A stretch of 32,000 nt of DNA from Erysipelotrichaceae bacterium (GTDB lineage Bacteria; Bacillota_I; Bacilli_A; Erysipelotrichales; Erysipelotrichaceae). The translations under genes were made by a program, and so were the position numbers. Positions within the stretch are counted from its first letter, which is position 1, and each line of letters begins with the position of its first letter. Of this stretch, positions 1 through 7,626 are shown piece after piece. Below the pieces are notes generated by a model, which searched no databases, was not told the origin of the DNA, and saw nothing but the letters and a program-made list of their open reading frames with translations. The DNA lies in NCBI GenBank assembly GCA_030604855.1, contig JAUVVC010000001.1, forward strand, positions 90,001 through 122,000. The letters run 5' to 3'.

Positions 1-1
1 C

Positions 2-1270
2 CACAATGAAATTCGTAAGATCACAGATGAAGATAAGACTAAAATCTTGGATGCCAATCGCGCCATGGGTAAACAAGCCTTACGAGTCTTAGCGATCGCC
101 AAGCGTAACTTGGATGAAGTGATCAAGGATGGAGATGTGGAAGTTGAACAGCACATGACCTTTGTGGGCTTGATCGGAATGATCGACCCACCGCGTGAAG
201 AAGTCAAAATTGCGATTCAGGAATGTAAGGATGCAGGGATTGAAGTCGTCATGATCACCGGTGATCATCGTACGACCGCTGAAGCCATTGGCATGCAGAT
301 TGGTTTGATGCAGGATGGCGATAAGGTCATCACGGGGCTTGAACTCGATCAGATGAGTGATGAAGCACTCTTTAAGGAAGTGCGTTCGATTGCGGTCTAC
401 GCGCGGGTCTCACCAGAACATAAGATGCGCATCATTGATGCATGGAAGAAACATGGCGAAATCGTCGCAATGACGGGCGATGGGGTCAATGATGCCCCAG
501 CCTTGAAGAAAGCGGACATCGGAGCTGCCATGGGCATCGTGGGGACGGAAGTCGCCAAAGGCGCCGCGGATATGATTTTAACGGATGATAATTTCGCAAC
601 GGTCGTCAATGCGGTTGAAGAAGGTCGTCGCATCCGTGATAACATCACCAAGGCGATTTCTTATCTCTTGTCATGTAATGTGGGTGAACTGGTGGTCTTA
701 TTGATTGCGAGTTTCATGAACTGGGCGACCCCTTTATTACCGATCCATATCTTGTGGATCAACTTGGTGACGGACAGCCTGCCTGCTTTGGCACTCGGTG
801 TCGATCCGGCTGAAGAAGGCATCATGAAGCGCAAACCCAATCGTGAGACAAGTCTGCTCACAAAACCCATGTATTTCAGAATCGGATACCAAGGCATTCT
901 GATTGGTGTCCTTACTTTGATTGCCTTCTTGTATGGTTATGGTGCTTTAGGTCAAAGTGGTTCTTTGGCTCAAGGCCAAACGATGGCCTTTACAGTTTTG
1001 GCGTTTAGTCAATTGGTTCATGCCTATAATATTCATTCATCCCATGGAACGGTGTTCAAAACCTTCTATGTGAATAAATGGTTGATTCTCGCAACGCTGG
1101 TAAATGCCTTGATGATGTTGGCAGTGTTGTTTGTTCCTGTACTGCGTGATTTGTTCAAACTGGTCACGATGGACAGTTCCCATTGGATGGTCGTTTTAGC
1201 CCTCATTTTCATTCCGATTCCAGTTGTGGAAGTGATGAAAGTCTTAAAATTGAACGGAAATCATGCTTAG
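2..1270 (+). CDS. P-type cation-transporting ATPase (P2, Ca2+ PMCA/SERCA-like), C-terminal ~420 aa; 5' end lies outside the window
   Basis: The frame is open from nt 2 with no stop before listed ORF 47..1270. Motifs seen are MITGDH, PEHK, the hinge MTGDGVNDAPALKKADIGAAMG, then several hydrophobic helices (PLLPIHILWINLVTDSLPALALG is typical of Ca-ATPase TM6). Confidence 0.9.
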   Translation, partial: HNEIRKITDEDKTKILDANRAMGKQALRVLAIAKRNLDEVIKDGDVEVEQHMTFVGLIGMIDPPREEVKIAIQECKDAGIEVVMITGDHRTTAEAIGMQIGLMQDGDKVITGLELDQMSDEALFKEVRSIAVYARVSPEHKMRIIDAWKKHGEIVAMTGDGVNDAPALKKADIGAAMGIVGTEVAKGAADMILTDDNFATVVNAVEEGRRIRDNITKAISYLLSCNVGELVVLLIASFMNWATPLLPIHILWINLVTDSLPALALGVDPAEEGIMKRKPNRETSLLTKPMYFRIGYQGILIGVLTLIAFLYGYGALGQSGSLAQGQTMAFTVLAFSQLVHAYNIHSSHGTVFKTFYVNKWLILATLVNALMMLAVLFVPVLRDLFKLVTMDSSHWMVVLALIFIPIPVVEVMKVLKLNGNHA

Positions 1271-1276
1271 AGTGGG

Positions 1277-1305
1277 AGGATGTCGAAATTCGACATCCTT
1301 TTTCT
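1277..1305 (+). terminator. Rho-independent terminator of the ATPase gene
   Basis: AGGATGTCG (1277-1285) pairs with CGACATCCT (1291-1299) around a 5-nt loop, followed by TTTTTCT, 7 nt after the stop codon. Confidence 0.8.
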
Positions 1306-1351
1306 GTTAGATGAAAATTTCTCCACAATTATTTTTCGTGGGTGCTAAGGG

Positions 1352-1380
1352 TTGTGGCATCGAAATGCATCTGTTATAAT
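1352..1380 (+). promoter_or_regulatory. Sigma-A-type promoter for the M23 peptidase gene
   Basis: TTGTGG (1352-1357), 17-nt spacer, TATAAT (1375-1380). Confidence 0.5.
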
Positions 1381-1449
1381 CACAACGAATAAAACGGATA
1401 GAGTGAATCCTGGCTTACGGGATGACAAGATCATAATGTTTAAGAAAGG

Positions 1450-2625
1450 ATGCGCATGCGTTTAAAGCGAAAAGTAAAAATCACCATCTATATCGTCTTG
1501 ACCCTGATCTTCGGATGGGTCTTGACGGTTTCAGGCATCTCGGCCATGAAACATCTCAATCGTTTGGATGCGATTGAATTCAGAGTCAATGGGGAGACAC
1601 GTTTTACCCTACCTGCAGATCAAGCAGAAGAATTGGATCTGTTGCTTAGAAAATATAAATTAAACTATTTGTCCAAGTCGAGCATCGCTGCAGAGGCTAA
1701 AATACTTGAAGTGGATTTCCAACAAGACATCGAAGTGATTCCGATTAAAGTCGATGAGGAATTTGTTTTCCAGAGTGTGGAAGACATCGCATTGGATATG
1801 GAACGCAATGAAGAAGAAGCGGTTTGGTATACGGTTGTAAAAGGGGATAGTCTTTGGCAGATCGCTGTGGATCATGAAGATGTGAACATGAAGACGATCG
1901 CGGACTACAATCCCACGATCGATATTACCACAGGGAAAATCTGGCCAGGCGATCAGATTCTCTTCAAACCTGCGAATCCCTTATATGATGTGGAAGTGCA
2001 TTTAGAGAATACGGCATTGGAACCTGTTGAGTTCGATGTCATTCGCATTCAAAATGCGAATCTCTTGACCTCACAACGCAAAATCCTTAAAGAAGGGGTT
2101 GAAGGGGAAAAGAAAGTGGTTTATGACATCACGATCGTCAATGGCTATCCGACTGAAGTCATCGCCATTCAAGAAACGGTATTGAAACAACCGATTGCGG
2201 CTGAAGTTGAAGTGGGAACCAAGCGAACCGTGGGTCGTTCCGGTGGTGGTAATTATGGGGTTGTCAAAGGACGTTTAACAAGTAACTTTGGTTATCGTAC
2301 CCATCCGATTTCAGGGCGTCGCATCTTCCATAATGGCATCGATATCGCTGCTGCGACAGGTACCGCCGTCTATGCGTATGCGGATGGAAAAGTCACCGGT
2401 GTCGCTACGGACAACACCTTAGGTAAATACATCACAATCGATCACGGCAATGGATTGAAGACGCGCTATCTTCATCTCTCTGCTTTTAAAGTCAGTGTCG
2501 GAGATAAAGTCACAGCTGGACAACGCATCGGTTCGGTGGGCAATACGGGCTACAGCACTGGTTCACATCTGCATTTCGAAGTTCTTAAGAATGGATCGTT
2601 TGTCAATCCATGGAACTACATCTAA
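1450..2625 (+). CDS. Membrane-anchored peptidoglycan DD-metalloendopeptidase with LysM, G5 and M23 peptidase domains
   Basis: N-terminal TM helix. LysM segment YTVVKGDSLWQIAVDH...GDQILF. G5-like segment ILKEGVEGEKKVVYDITIVNG...VEVGTKR. M23 signature HNGIDIAA...GNTGYSTGSHLHFEV. The ATG at 1456 is an equally good start relative to the AAGGA box. Confidence 0.9.
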   Translation: MRMRLKRKVKITIYIVLTLIFGWVLTVSGISAMKHLNRLDAIEFRVNGETRFTLPADQAEELDLLLRKYKLNYLSKSSIAAEAKILEVDFQQDIEVIPIKVDEEFVFQSVEDIALDMERNEEEAVWYTVVKGDSLWQIAVDHEDVNMKTIADYNPTIDITTGKIWPGDQILFKPANPLYDVEVHLENTALEPVEFDVIRIQNANLLTSQRKILKEGVEGEKKVVYDITIVNGYPTEVIAIQETVLKQPIAAEVEVGTKRTVGRSGGGNYGVVKGRLTSNFGYRTHPISGRRIFHNGIDIAAATGTAVYAYADGKVTGVATDNTLGKYITIDHGNGLKTRYLHLSAFKVSVGDKVTAGQRIGSVGNTGYSTGSHLHFEVLKNGSFVNPWNYI

Positions 2626-2650
2626 GCATCACGTAAGTGGTGCTTTTTTT
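2626..2650 (+). terminator. Rho-independent terminator of the M23 peptidase gene
   Basis: GCATCAC / GTGGTGC stem (one G-U pair), GTAA loop, T7 run at 2644-2650, directly after stop 2623-2625. Confidence 0.75.
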
Positions 2651-2689
2651 GTGATAACCATCACATTTAATGTATTTATCTTCATTCTT

Positions 2690-2698
2690 TGGTATAAT
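2690..2698 (+). promoter_or_regulatory. Extended -10 promoter element (TGgTATAAT) for the YbaN-like gene
   Basis: TG at 2690-2691 and TATAAT at 2693-2698. There is no good -35. It lies inside the listed ORF 2670..3068, so the real start is downstream. Confidence 0.5.
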
Positions 2699-2705
2699 GG
2701 GAAAC

Positions 2706-3068
2706 ATGTTAAAGATGGTATATCAAATTGGAGGCAGTATCAGTGTCGGCTTGGCGATGGCGGGTTTGTTTCTACCGGTTCTCCCAACGACGCCTTTTGT
2801 CTTATTGGCAATCTTTTTGTTTGGGAAGAGTCAACCTGAGAAGGTCGATGAGATCCTACATCATCCTAAATTAGGACCTTTTGTACAGGATTACTTAAAC
2901 CCTCAAGGCATTCCTTTGAAGTCGAAAATAAAAGCACTGCTTGTGCTTTGGTTTAGTATTCTAATCAGTGTCCTTTTCTTTATTCCACTCTTGGCAATCA
3001 AGATCTTCGTCTTAGTTGTGGCTTCGCTGGTCAGTGTCTGGATTTGGACGAAACCCACACGTCATTGA
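2706..3068 (+). CDS. YbaN-like (DUF454) small inner-membrane protein
   Basis: GLFLPVLPTTPFVLLAIFLFGKS matches the conserved LPVLPTTPF core of E. coli YbaN. About 120 aa with 3-4 TM helices. Start set at ATG 2706 (or 2715) because of the TATAAT at 2693. Confidence 0.75.
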   Translation: MLKMVYQIGGSISVGLAMAGLFLPVLPTTPFVLLAIFLFGKSQPEKVDEILHHPKLGPFVQDYLNPQGIPLKSKIKALLVLWFSILISVLFFIPLLAIKIFVLVVASLVSVWIWTKPTRH

Positions 3069-3568
3069 TTCAAGTACTCGTTCTTTAAGTTGATGTATTC
3101 TTCCGCATTCCAGTGGATGTGCTCGATCTCTTCATGTGTAAGGGGTCTTTTTATTTTGGCGGGTAAACCTGTCACAAGATGGCCCTCTTCGATGATGGTT
3201 CGGGGTGAAACCAATGCGCCTGCGGCGATGAGATTATGCGAATGTATGATCGCATTATCTAAAACCGTCGATGTGCTGCCGATGATGCATTCATCGTGGA
3301 TGGTCGCACCATGGATGTGGGTCAAATGACCAATGGTCACATTCTTGCCAATGAATACTTTTGTGTCGGGATCGACGTGGATGACGGCTCCATCTTGAAC
3401 ATTGGATCCAGATCCGATGACGATGGGGTTCACATCTCCTCGGATGACGGCCGATGGCCATACGGACACATCGTCTTCGAGTGTCACATCTCCAATGATG
3501 GTTGCGGTTTCGGCAATGTAGACATTTTTTCCGATTTTAGGGGATTTATTGCGAAATGTTATAAGCAT
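3062..3568 (-). CDS. Gamma-carbonic-anhydrase-family / hexapeptide-repeat (left-handed beta-helix) protein
   Basis: 168 aa with the pattern KIGKNVYIAETATIIGDVTLEDDVSVWPSAVIRGD...IGSGSNVQDGAVIH typical of YrdA/PaaY-like proteins. GAGGA SD upstream of ATG 3568. Overlaps the convergent ybaN-like gene by 7 nt. Confidence 0.85.
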   Translation of the reverse strand: MLITFRNKSPKIGKNVYIAETATIIGDVTLEDDVSVWPSAVIRGDVNPIVIGSGSNVQDGAVIHVDPDTKVFIGKNVTIGHLTHIHGATIHDECIIGSTSTVLDNAIIHSHNLIAAGALVSPRTIIEEGHLVTGLPAKIKRPLTHEEIEHIHWNAEEYINLKNEYLNQ

Positions 3569-3675
3569 GGGGAGTCCTCACTTGTGCATTATTTTAGCAT
3601 AGATGGCGTAAAGAAGGCTATTTTAAACACTAGGGTATGTTTTTATAGGTCATGTATGAAAATTTATGAAAACAC

Positions 3676-3703
3676 TTGTAAGTTAATGTAAGTTTGATAG
3701 AAT
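3676..3703 (+). promoter_or_regulatory. Promoter of the T-box/trpP transcript
   Basis: TTGTAA (3676-3681), 16-nt spacer, TGaTAGAAT extended -10 (TAGAAT 3698-3703). Confidence 0.5.
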
Positions 3704-3715
3704 AGAACTATAAAT

Positions 3716-3960
3716 CTAAGATTGGAAAGTAGTAGTCTTTAAGAAGCATGCTTTAGAGAGTCCGTGGTCGGTGTGAACGGATGCTTGCGTAAAGATGAAT
3801 GGGTCCATGAGAGCACGGTGAATCACAGTAGCCAAGCCGCAGGCTGAGCGTTAAAACAGCTAGGATATGTTAGTATCCGATCAAAGATATCACTTTTGTG
3901 ATAATTAGGATGGCACCGCGAACACCACTTGCGCCTACAGTAGGACAGGGGTGTTTTTTT
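3716..3960 (+). promoter_or_regulatory. T-box riboswitch leader, specifier codon UGG (tryptophan)
   Basis: AG box AGAGAG (3755-3760). Distal loop GGTGTGAA (3770-3777). Specifier loop GAA-TGG-G with TGG at 3800-3802. F-box-like GCGTTA (3848-3853). Stem III ATCAC-TTTT-GTGAT. T-box sequence AATTAGGATGGCACCGCG (3903-3920). Terminator ending in GGGGTG plus T7 (3954-3960). The downstream gene is a Trp transporter. Confidence 0.9.
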
Positions 3961-4032
3961 GTTAGGAGGTGAGCACAATGACATGAAGGAATCCTGGAGT
4001 ATTGGATATAAACACGCAAAGGAAAAGAGAAA

Positions 4033-4554
4033 ATGAAAACACGCGAACTCGTATTAGCAGGCATCTTATTGGCATTGGGCTTAACTTTACATGCGGTGAC
4101 TCCCGCTTTGTTGGGTAATGTAAAACCGGATTTCTTATTGGCAACGATGTTCATTGCCATCTTGTTTCAACCGTATTTGAAGAATACCCTTGTGATTGGT
4201 TTTGTGGCAGGGGTGATGGCGGCGATGACCACAGGTTTTCCTGGAGGTCAACTCCCATCTGTTTTGGATAAGTTGATTTCAGCATTATTTGTTTTATTAT
4301 TGATCAAACTCTTCAGTGTTCAGATGAATCTGATCAAAGTATCCATATTAGGATTCATGGGAACCATCGTCAGTGGCATCGTGTTCTTGGGAAGCGCTTT
4401 GTTTATTGTTGGTCTACCTGCACCTTTCACCGCTTTGTTTATGGTGGTGGTATTGCCGACTGCACTTGCGAATACCGCATTGACCGTGGTCTTGTATAAA
4501 ACGGCTCAATTAGTCATGAAAGGGGCAAAGATCCGTAAGGTTTCATTGACTTAA
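4033..4554 (+). CDS. trpP: Tryptophan transporter TrpP (ECF-type substrate-capture-like membrane protein)
   Basis: 173 aa. The N-terminus MKTRELVLAGILLALGLTLHAV...LGNVKPDFLL...TLVIGFVAGVMAAMTTGFPGGQLPSVLDK parallels my recollection of B. subtilis TrpP/YhaG (MKTKELV...). Preceded by a Trp T-box. Confidence 0.85.
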   Translation: MKTRELVLAGILLALGLTLHAVTPALLGNVKPDFLLATMFIAILFQPYLKNTLVIGFVAGVMAAMTTGFPGGQLPSVLDKLISALFVLLLIKLFSVQMNLIKVSILGFMGTIVSGIVFLGSALFIVGLPAPFTALFMVVVLPTALANTALTVVLYKTAQLVMKGAKIRKVSLT

Positions 4555-4574
4555 TCAAGATATACGCATAAAAT
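4546..4574 (+). promoter_or_regulatory. Candidate sigma-A promoter for the antiporter-nitroreductase genes
   Basis: TTGACT (4546-4551, the last two trpP codons), 17-nt spacer, TAAAAT (4569-4574). Confidence 0.45.
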
Positions 4575-4621
4575 TTGTTTGGGAATGAATGTCTCCCAAC
4601 ACAATTGTGTGAACCGCGTAA

Positions 4622-4663
4622 GCTGATGACTTCTGTCTCTTTTGACAGACATCAGCTTTTTTT
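4622..4663 (+). terminator. Strong intrinsic terminator (trpP terminator and/or attenuator of the antiporter leader)
   Basis: GCTGATG...TCTGTC (4622-4637) pairs with GACAGACATCAGC (4644-4656), followed by T7 (4657-4663). The U-tract abuts GGAGG at 4664-4668. Confidence 0.85.
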
Positions 4664-4674
4664 GGAGGAAGAAC

Positions 4675-5850
4675 ATGTTACAAAGTTTAGGGTGGATGGT
4701 TCTGGTGGGCTTTGTCTTAGCCGGACTGTTTCAAAAGTTTAGATTACCAGGTTTGATCGGAATGATGCTTGCAGGAATGATTCTGGGACCTTTTGGTTTC
4801 AATCTGCTTTCCGATAAGATTCTTTTCATTTCGCCTGAACTAAGACAGATCGCACTCATCGTGATCCTACTTCGAGCCGGACTCAATCTCGATCTTAAGG
4901 ATTTGAAACAGATCGGGCGTCCTGCGTTCTTGATGTCCTTTGTACCAGCTAGCTTTGAAATCCTCACCATTATTTTAATTGCCACAACGATCTTTAAGAT
5001 AAGTCTACTGGAGGCTGCTTTGTTAGGGTCGGTTTTGGCGGCGGTATCGCCTGCTGTTGTCGTGCCCCGTATGATTCATTTGAAACAGATGAACAAAGGT
5101 CAGAGACATAAGATTCCCCAAATGATCATGGCAGCGGCCAGTGTGGACGACATCTTTGTCATCGTGTTGTTTACTTCGTTTATAGCTTTATTAAAGGGCC
5201 AACAAGTCAATCTAAGTTTGATCTATGAACTTCCACTTTCATTGATTTCTGGCATTCTGATCGGTTTTTGCTTCGCTTATCTCTTAACCAAACTCTTCAA
5301 ACGCATCCACATGCGTGATACCATAAAAGTACTCATACTTTTCAGCTTAAGTTTTTTCTTGGTTGGTTTCGAACCAGAAATTAACAGTTTATTTCCATTC
5401 TCTGGTTTGTTGGCGGTTATGACCTTGGGCATGGGTATTCAAGCATTCTATCCACTGCTTGCCAATCGTTTGTTGGGTAAGTTTGCGAAGATCTGGGTAG
5501 GGGCAGAGTTGTTTCTATTCATACTAGTTGGGGCTGTGGTCAATCTAAGTGTCCTGAGTTCAATTACTTCGATTGGTTTAGTGGTGATCATTGTGGCTTT
5601 ATTGGGACGTATGGTCGGGGTTCAATTGTGTCTGATTAAGACCCCTTTGAACATCAAGGAGCGACTCTTCACAAGCATAGCTTTCTTACCCAAGGCAACC
5701 GTACAAGCCGCAATCGGGTCTATTGCCTTAAGCCAAGGATTAGCGGTGGGTGAATTGATTTTAAGTCTAGCTGTTTTATCCATTTTATTCTCTGCACCTG
5801 TTGGTGCGATTGGCATTGATTTGACGACAAATATCCTATTGGAGGAATAA
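4675..5850 (+). CDS. Cation:proton antiporter (Na+/H+ exchanger family, CPA1/NhaP-like)
   Basis: About 391 aa and about 11-12 TM helices. FRLPGLIGMMLAGMILGPFGFNLL...LRAGLNLDLKDL is typical of the sodium/hydrogen exchanger family. GGAGG lies 6 nt before ATG 4675. The listed start 4642 is a TTG inside the terminator stem. Confidence 0.85.
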   Translation: MLQSLGWMVLVGFVLAGLFQKFRLPGLIGMMLAGMILGPFGFNLLSDKILFISPELRQIALIVILLRAGLNLDLKDLKQIGRPAFLMSFVPASFEILTIILIATTIFKISLLEAALLGSVLAAVSPAVVVPRMIHLKQMNKGQRHKIPQMIMAAASVDDIFVIVLFTSFIALLKGQQVNLSLIYELPLSLISGILIGFCFAYLLTKLFKRIHMRDTIKVLILFSLSFFLVGFEPEINSLFPFSGLLAVMTLGMGIQAFYPLLANRLLGKFAKIWVGAELFLFILVGAVVNLSVLSSITSIGLVVIIVALLGRMVGVQLCLIKTPLNIKERLFTSIAFLPKATVQAAIGSIALSQGLAVGELILSLAVLSILFSAPVGAIGIDLTTNILLEE

Positions 5851-5852
5851 AT

Positions 5853-6602
5853 ATGAATACCATACTAGAAAGTCTATATCAACGCAAATCCTGTCGCGTC
5901 TTTACGGATGAAGCTGTTTCTGCAGATTTGAAACAAGAACTGATCCGGGCTACCATGCAGGCACCAACTGCTGGCAATATGCATCTCTATTCCATCATCG
6001 ATATCACCGATCAACATATCAAAGATCAATTAGCTGAGAGCTGTGATCACCAAGCATTCATCGCAAAAGCACCTCTGGTGTTTGTGTTCTGTGCGGATTA
6101 TCATCGAGCCTGGCAGGGTATGAAATCATTTATTGATCAAGAAACGCGTAAACCTGAAATCGGGGATATGTTTTTGGCGATGAGTGATGCCTTGATCTGT
6201 GCACAGAATATGGTTGTGGCGGCACAGGGATTGGGATTAGGGTCTTGTTATATCGGGGATATTTTGGAAAACTATGAGTTTCACAAAGACTTATTAAAGT
6301 TACCTCAAGCAGTTTGGCCAATTGGAATGCTTGTCTTGGGCTATCCAACACAACACCAATTGGAACGTCAAAAACCAAAACGATTTGAACCCAGTTTCGT
6401 GGTTCATTCAAATGCATATCAAGCATTAGGTACTAAAGATCAACAGACACAGATCGATGAACTGTTCAAAGACCATCCAAAACCCATCTCAGCACTAAAC
6501 TATTATGATGATCTCTATCATCGTAAATACACCGCCGACTTCACGCATGAGATGAATCGAAGTGTAAGTGTAATGATTGAAACGTTGTTAAGCACAAAAT
6601 AA
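5853..6602 (+). CDS. Nitroreductase-family flavoprotein
   Basis: RKSCRVFTDEAV...APTAGNMHLYSIIDI...GLGSCYIG matches the nitroreductase fold. GGAGGA SD. Starts 2 nt after the antiporter stop, so probably the same operon. Confidence 0.85.
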   Translation: MNTILESLYQRKSCRVFTDEAVSADLKQELIRATMQAPTAGNMHLYSIIDITDQHIKDQLAESCDHQAFIAKAPLVFVFCADYHRAWQGMKSFIDQETRKPEIGDMFLAMSDALICAQNMVVAAQGLGLGSCYIGDILENYEFHKDLLKLPQAVWPIGMLVLGYPTQHQLERQKPKRFEPSFVVHSNAYQALGTKDQQTQIDELFKDHPKPISALNYYDDLYHRKYTADFTHEMNRSVSVMIETLLSTK

Positions 6603-6663
6603 AAGTGTCTTAATACATAGACGGCATATTTATGTGCTTATTTTGGCATATTGATAATGGTTT

Positions 6664-6693
6664 TTGATTGTATTGTGTTTACAATCGTACTAA
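6664..6693 (+). promoter_or_regulatory. Tentative promoter of the minor-pilin/pilCMNO operon
   Basis: TTGATT (6664-6669), 18-nt spacer, TACTAA (6688-6693). A weak call. Confidence 0.3.
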
Positions 6694-6735
6694 ACTAAAG
6701 ATAGAAAGAGACCTAGGTCTCACTTTAAAGGTATC

Positions 6736-7158
6736 ATGAGAAACAAAAAGGGTTTGACACTTGTAGAAGTCGTAGTAGCCATGGGTTTGTTCGGTATCAT
6801 CATGGTCACACTTTTTCCTGCGTTCTTGATCACCAATCTTATGAACATCACATCGCGTGAATTTACGGATGCGAACTTTGAAGCACAGAGTGAATTGGAA
6901 GAAATATATAACTGGAGTAAAGTTGCTGGGGCGACACCTACAAGTGTTTTGACCAAAGCTGAGATGGGTCCATATACCTGTGTTGGAAGTACTTGTAGCA
7001 AAGATGAAGGAGATTATCATTTTGTGGTTACATATGGACCAAATGCTGAAGTTGCGACAATGGTAAATTTGGTCATTACAGTTTCAAAACCCTCAGCAAA
7101 TCCAGATTATGGAAAAAATCGGGCACAACTTGAAATTATTCTAAGGTTTGGTGGCTGA
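6736..7158 (+). CDS. Minor (pseudo)pilin with prepilin-type N-terminal cleavage/methylation signal
   Basis: MRNKKG|LTLVEVVVAMGLFGIIMV is a class III signal peptide with Gly-1 and Glu+5. 140 aa. Confidence 0.85.
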   Translation: MRNKKGLTLVEVVVAMGLFGIIMVTLFPAFLITNLMNITSREFTDANFEAQSELEEIYNWSKVAGATPTSVLTKAEMGPYTCVGSTCSKDEGDYHFVVTYGPNAEVATMVNLVITVSKPSANPDYGKNRAQLEIILRFGG

Positions 7159-7159
7159 T

Positions 7160-7600
7160 ATGCGACTATCAAAAAAAGGTTTTACTCTGATTGAGCTCGT
7201 CATTACAATGCTCATCGTTGTCATCGTTTTTGGGATATTGGCGAATCTTGTAGGGTTCTCAACAACATTCTTCAGAGATGAGAATACACAAGTCGCGAAT
7301 CAAACTGGATTGAGGCAGGTTGCCGTAACATTTGAGAAAGACATAAGAAAGCATGCGTTGAATCAGTCTCAAATCTCCGTAATTGGAAGTTGTTACACTT
7401 TGGGTGGTGCGATTACCTACTGTCACGATATAGCGAACCAATCGATTACAAGAAACTCTGTAACGGTGGCAAGAGATATCCAGACATTCACAGTTAATTA
7501 TGATGCATTAAAAGTTAATTTGTTCATTAAGACAATTTTAGACTCAAGAAATCAATTCGTTGATATCAGCTATGATGTCTACTTTCGTACAGATAAGTAA
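7160..7600 (+). CDS. Minor pilin (PilW/GspJ-like) with prepilin-type N-terminal signal
   Basis: MRLSKKG|FTLIELVITMLIVVIVFGI. ATG 7160 lies 1 nt after the preceding stop. The listed start 7148 is a TTG. Confidence 0.85.
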   Translation: MRLSKKGFTLIELVITMLIVVIVFGILANLVGFSTTFFRDENTQVANQTGLRQVAVTFEKDIRKHALNQSQISVIGSCYTLGGAITYCHDIANQSITRNSVTVARDIQTFTVNYDALKVNLFIKTILDSRNQFVDISYDVYFRTDK

Positions 7601-7626
7601 GGCGTCATGGAAAGGAGGTTTCAATT

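Noticed and set aside
397-897. Minus-strand ORFs (84 and 78 aa) inside the P-type ATPase gene
   Set aside because: They lie entirely antisense to a gene with unmistakable P-type ATPase motifs. They have no SD, and their Ser/Pro/Ala-rich composition is typical of shadow frames.
2495-2839. 114-aa plus-strand ORF spanning the end of the M23 gene and the start of the YbaN-like gene
   Set aside because: It runs out of frame through the M23 catalytic region and straight across the terminator at 2626-2650. There is no SD and no recognisable motif.
3870-4160. Minus-strand ORFs (96 and 60 aa) overlapping the T-box and the trpP start
   Set aside because: They lie antisense to a well-supported T-box leader, its terminator and the conserved TrpP N-terminus, so they are shadow ORFs.
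4642-4674. Longer N-terminus (TTG start) for the antiporter
   Set aside because: The extension is encoded by the 3' arm and U-tract of the terminator hairpin. A GGAGG SD sits 6 nt before ATG 4675.
6644-6660. Sigma-54 promoter (TGGCAT...) upstream of the pilin operon
   Set aside because: The GG element is present, but no GC element (TTGC) occurs at the required 10-nt spacing. The downstream sequence is TAATGG.
6708-6721. GAGACC-TA-GGTCTC read as back-to-back BsaI sites around an AvrII site, i.e. a synthetic cloning scar
   Set aside because: The surrounding sequence is ordinary native-looking promoter DNA with no other vector-like features. A natural palindrome is the simpler explanation.
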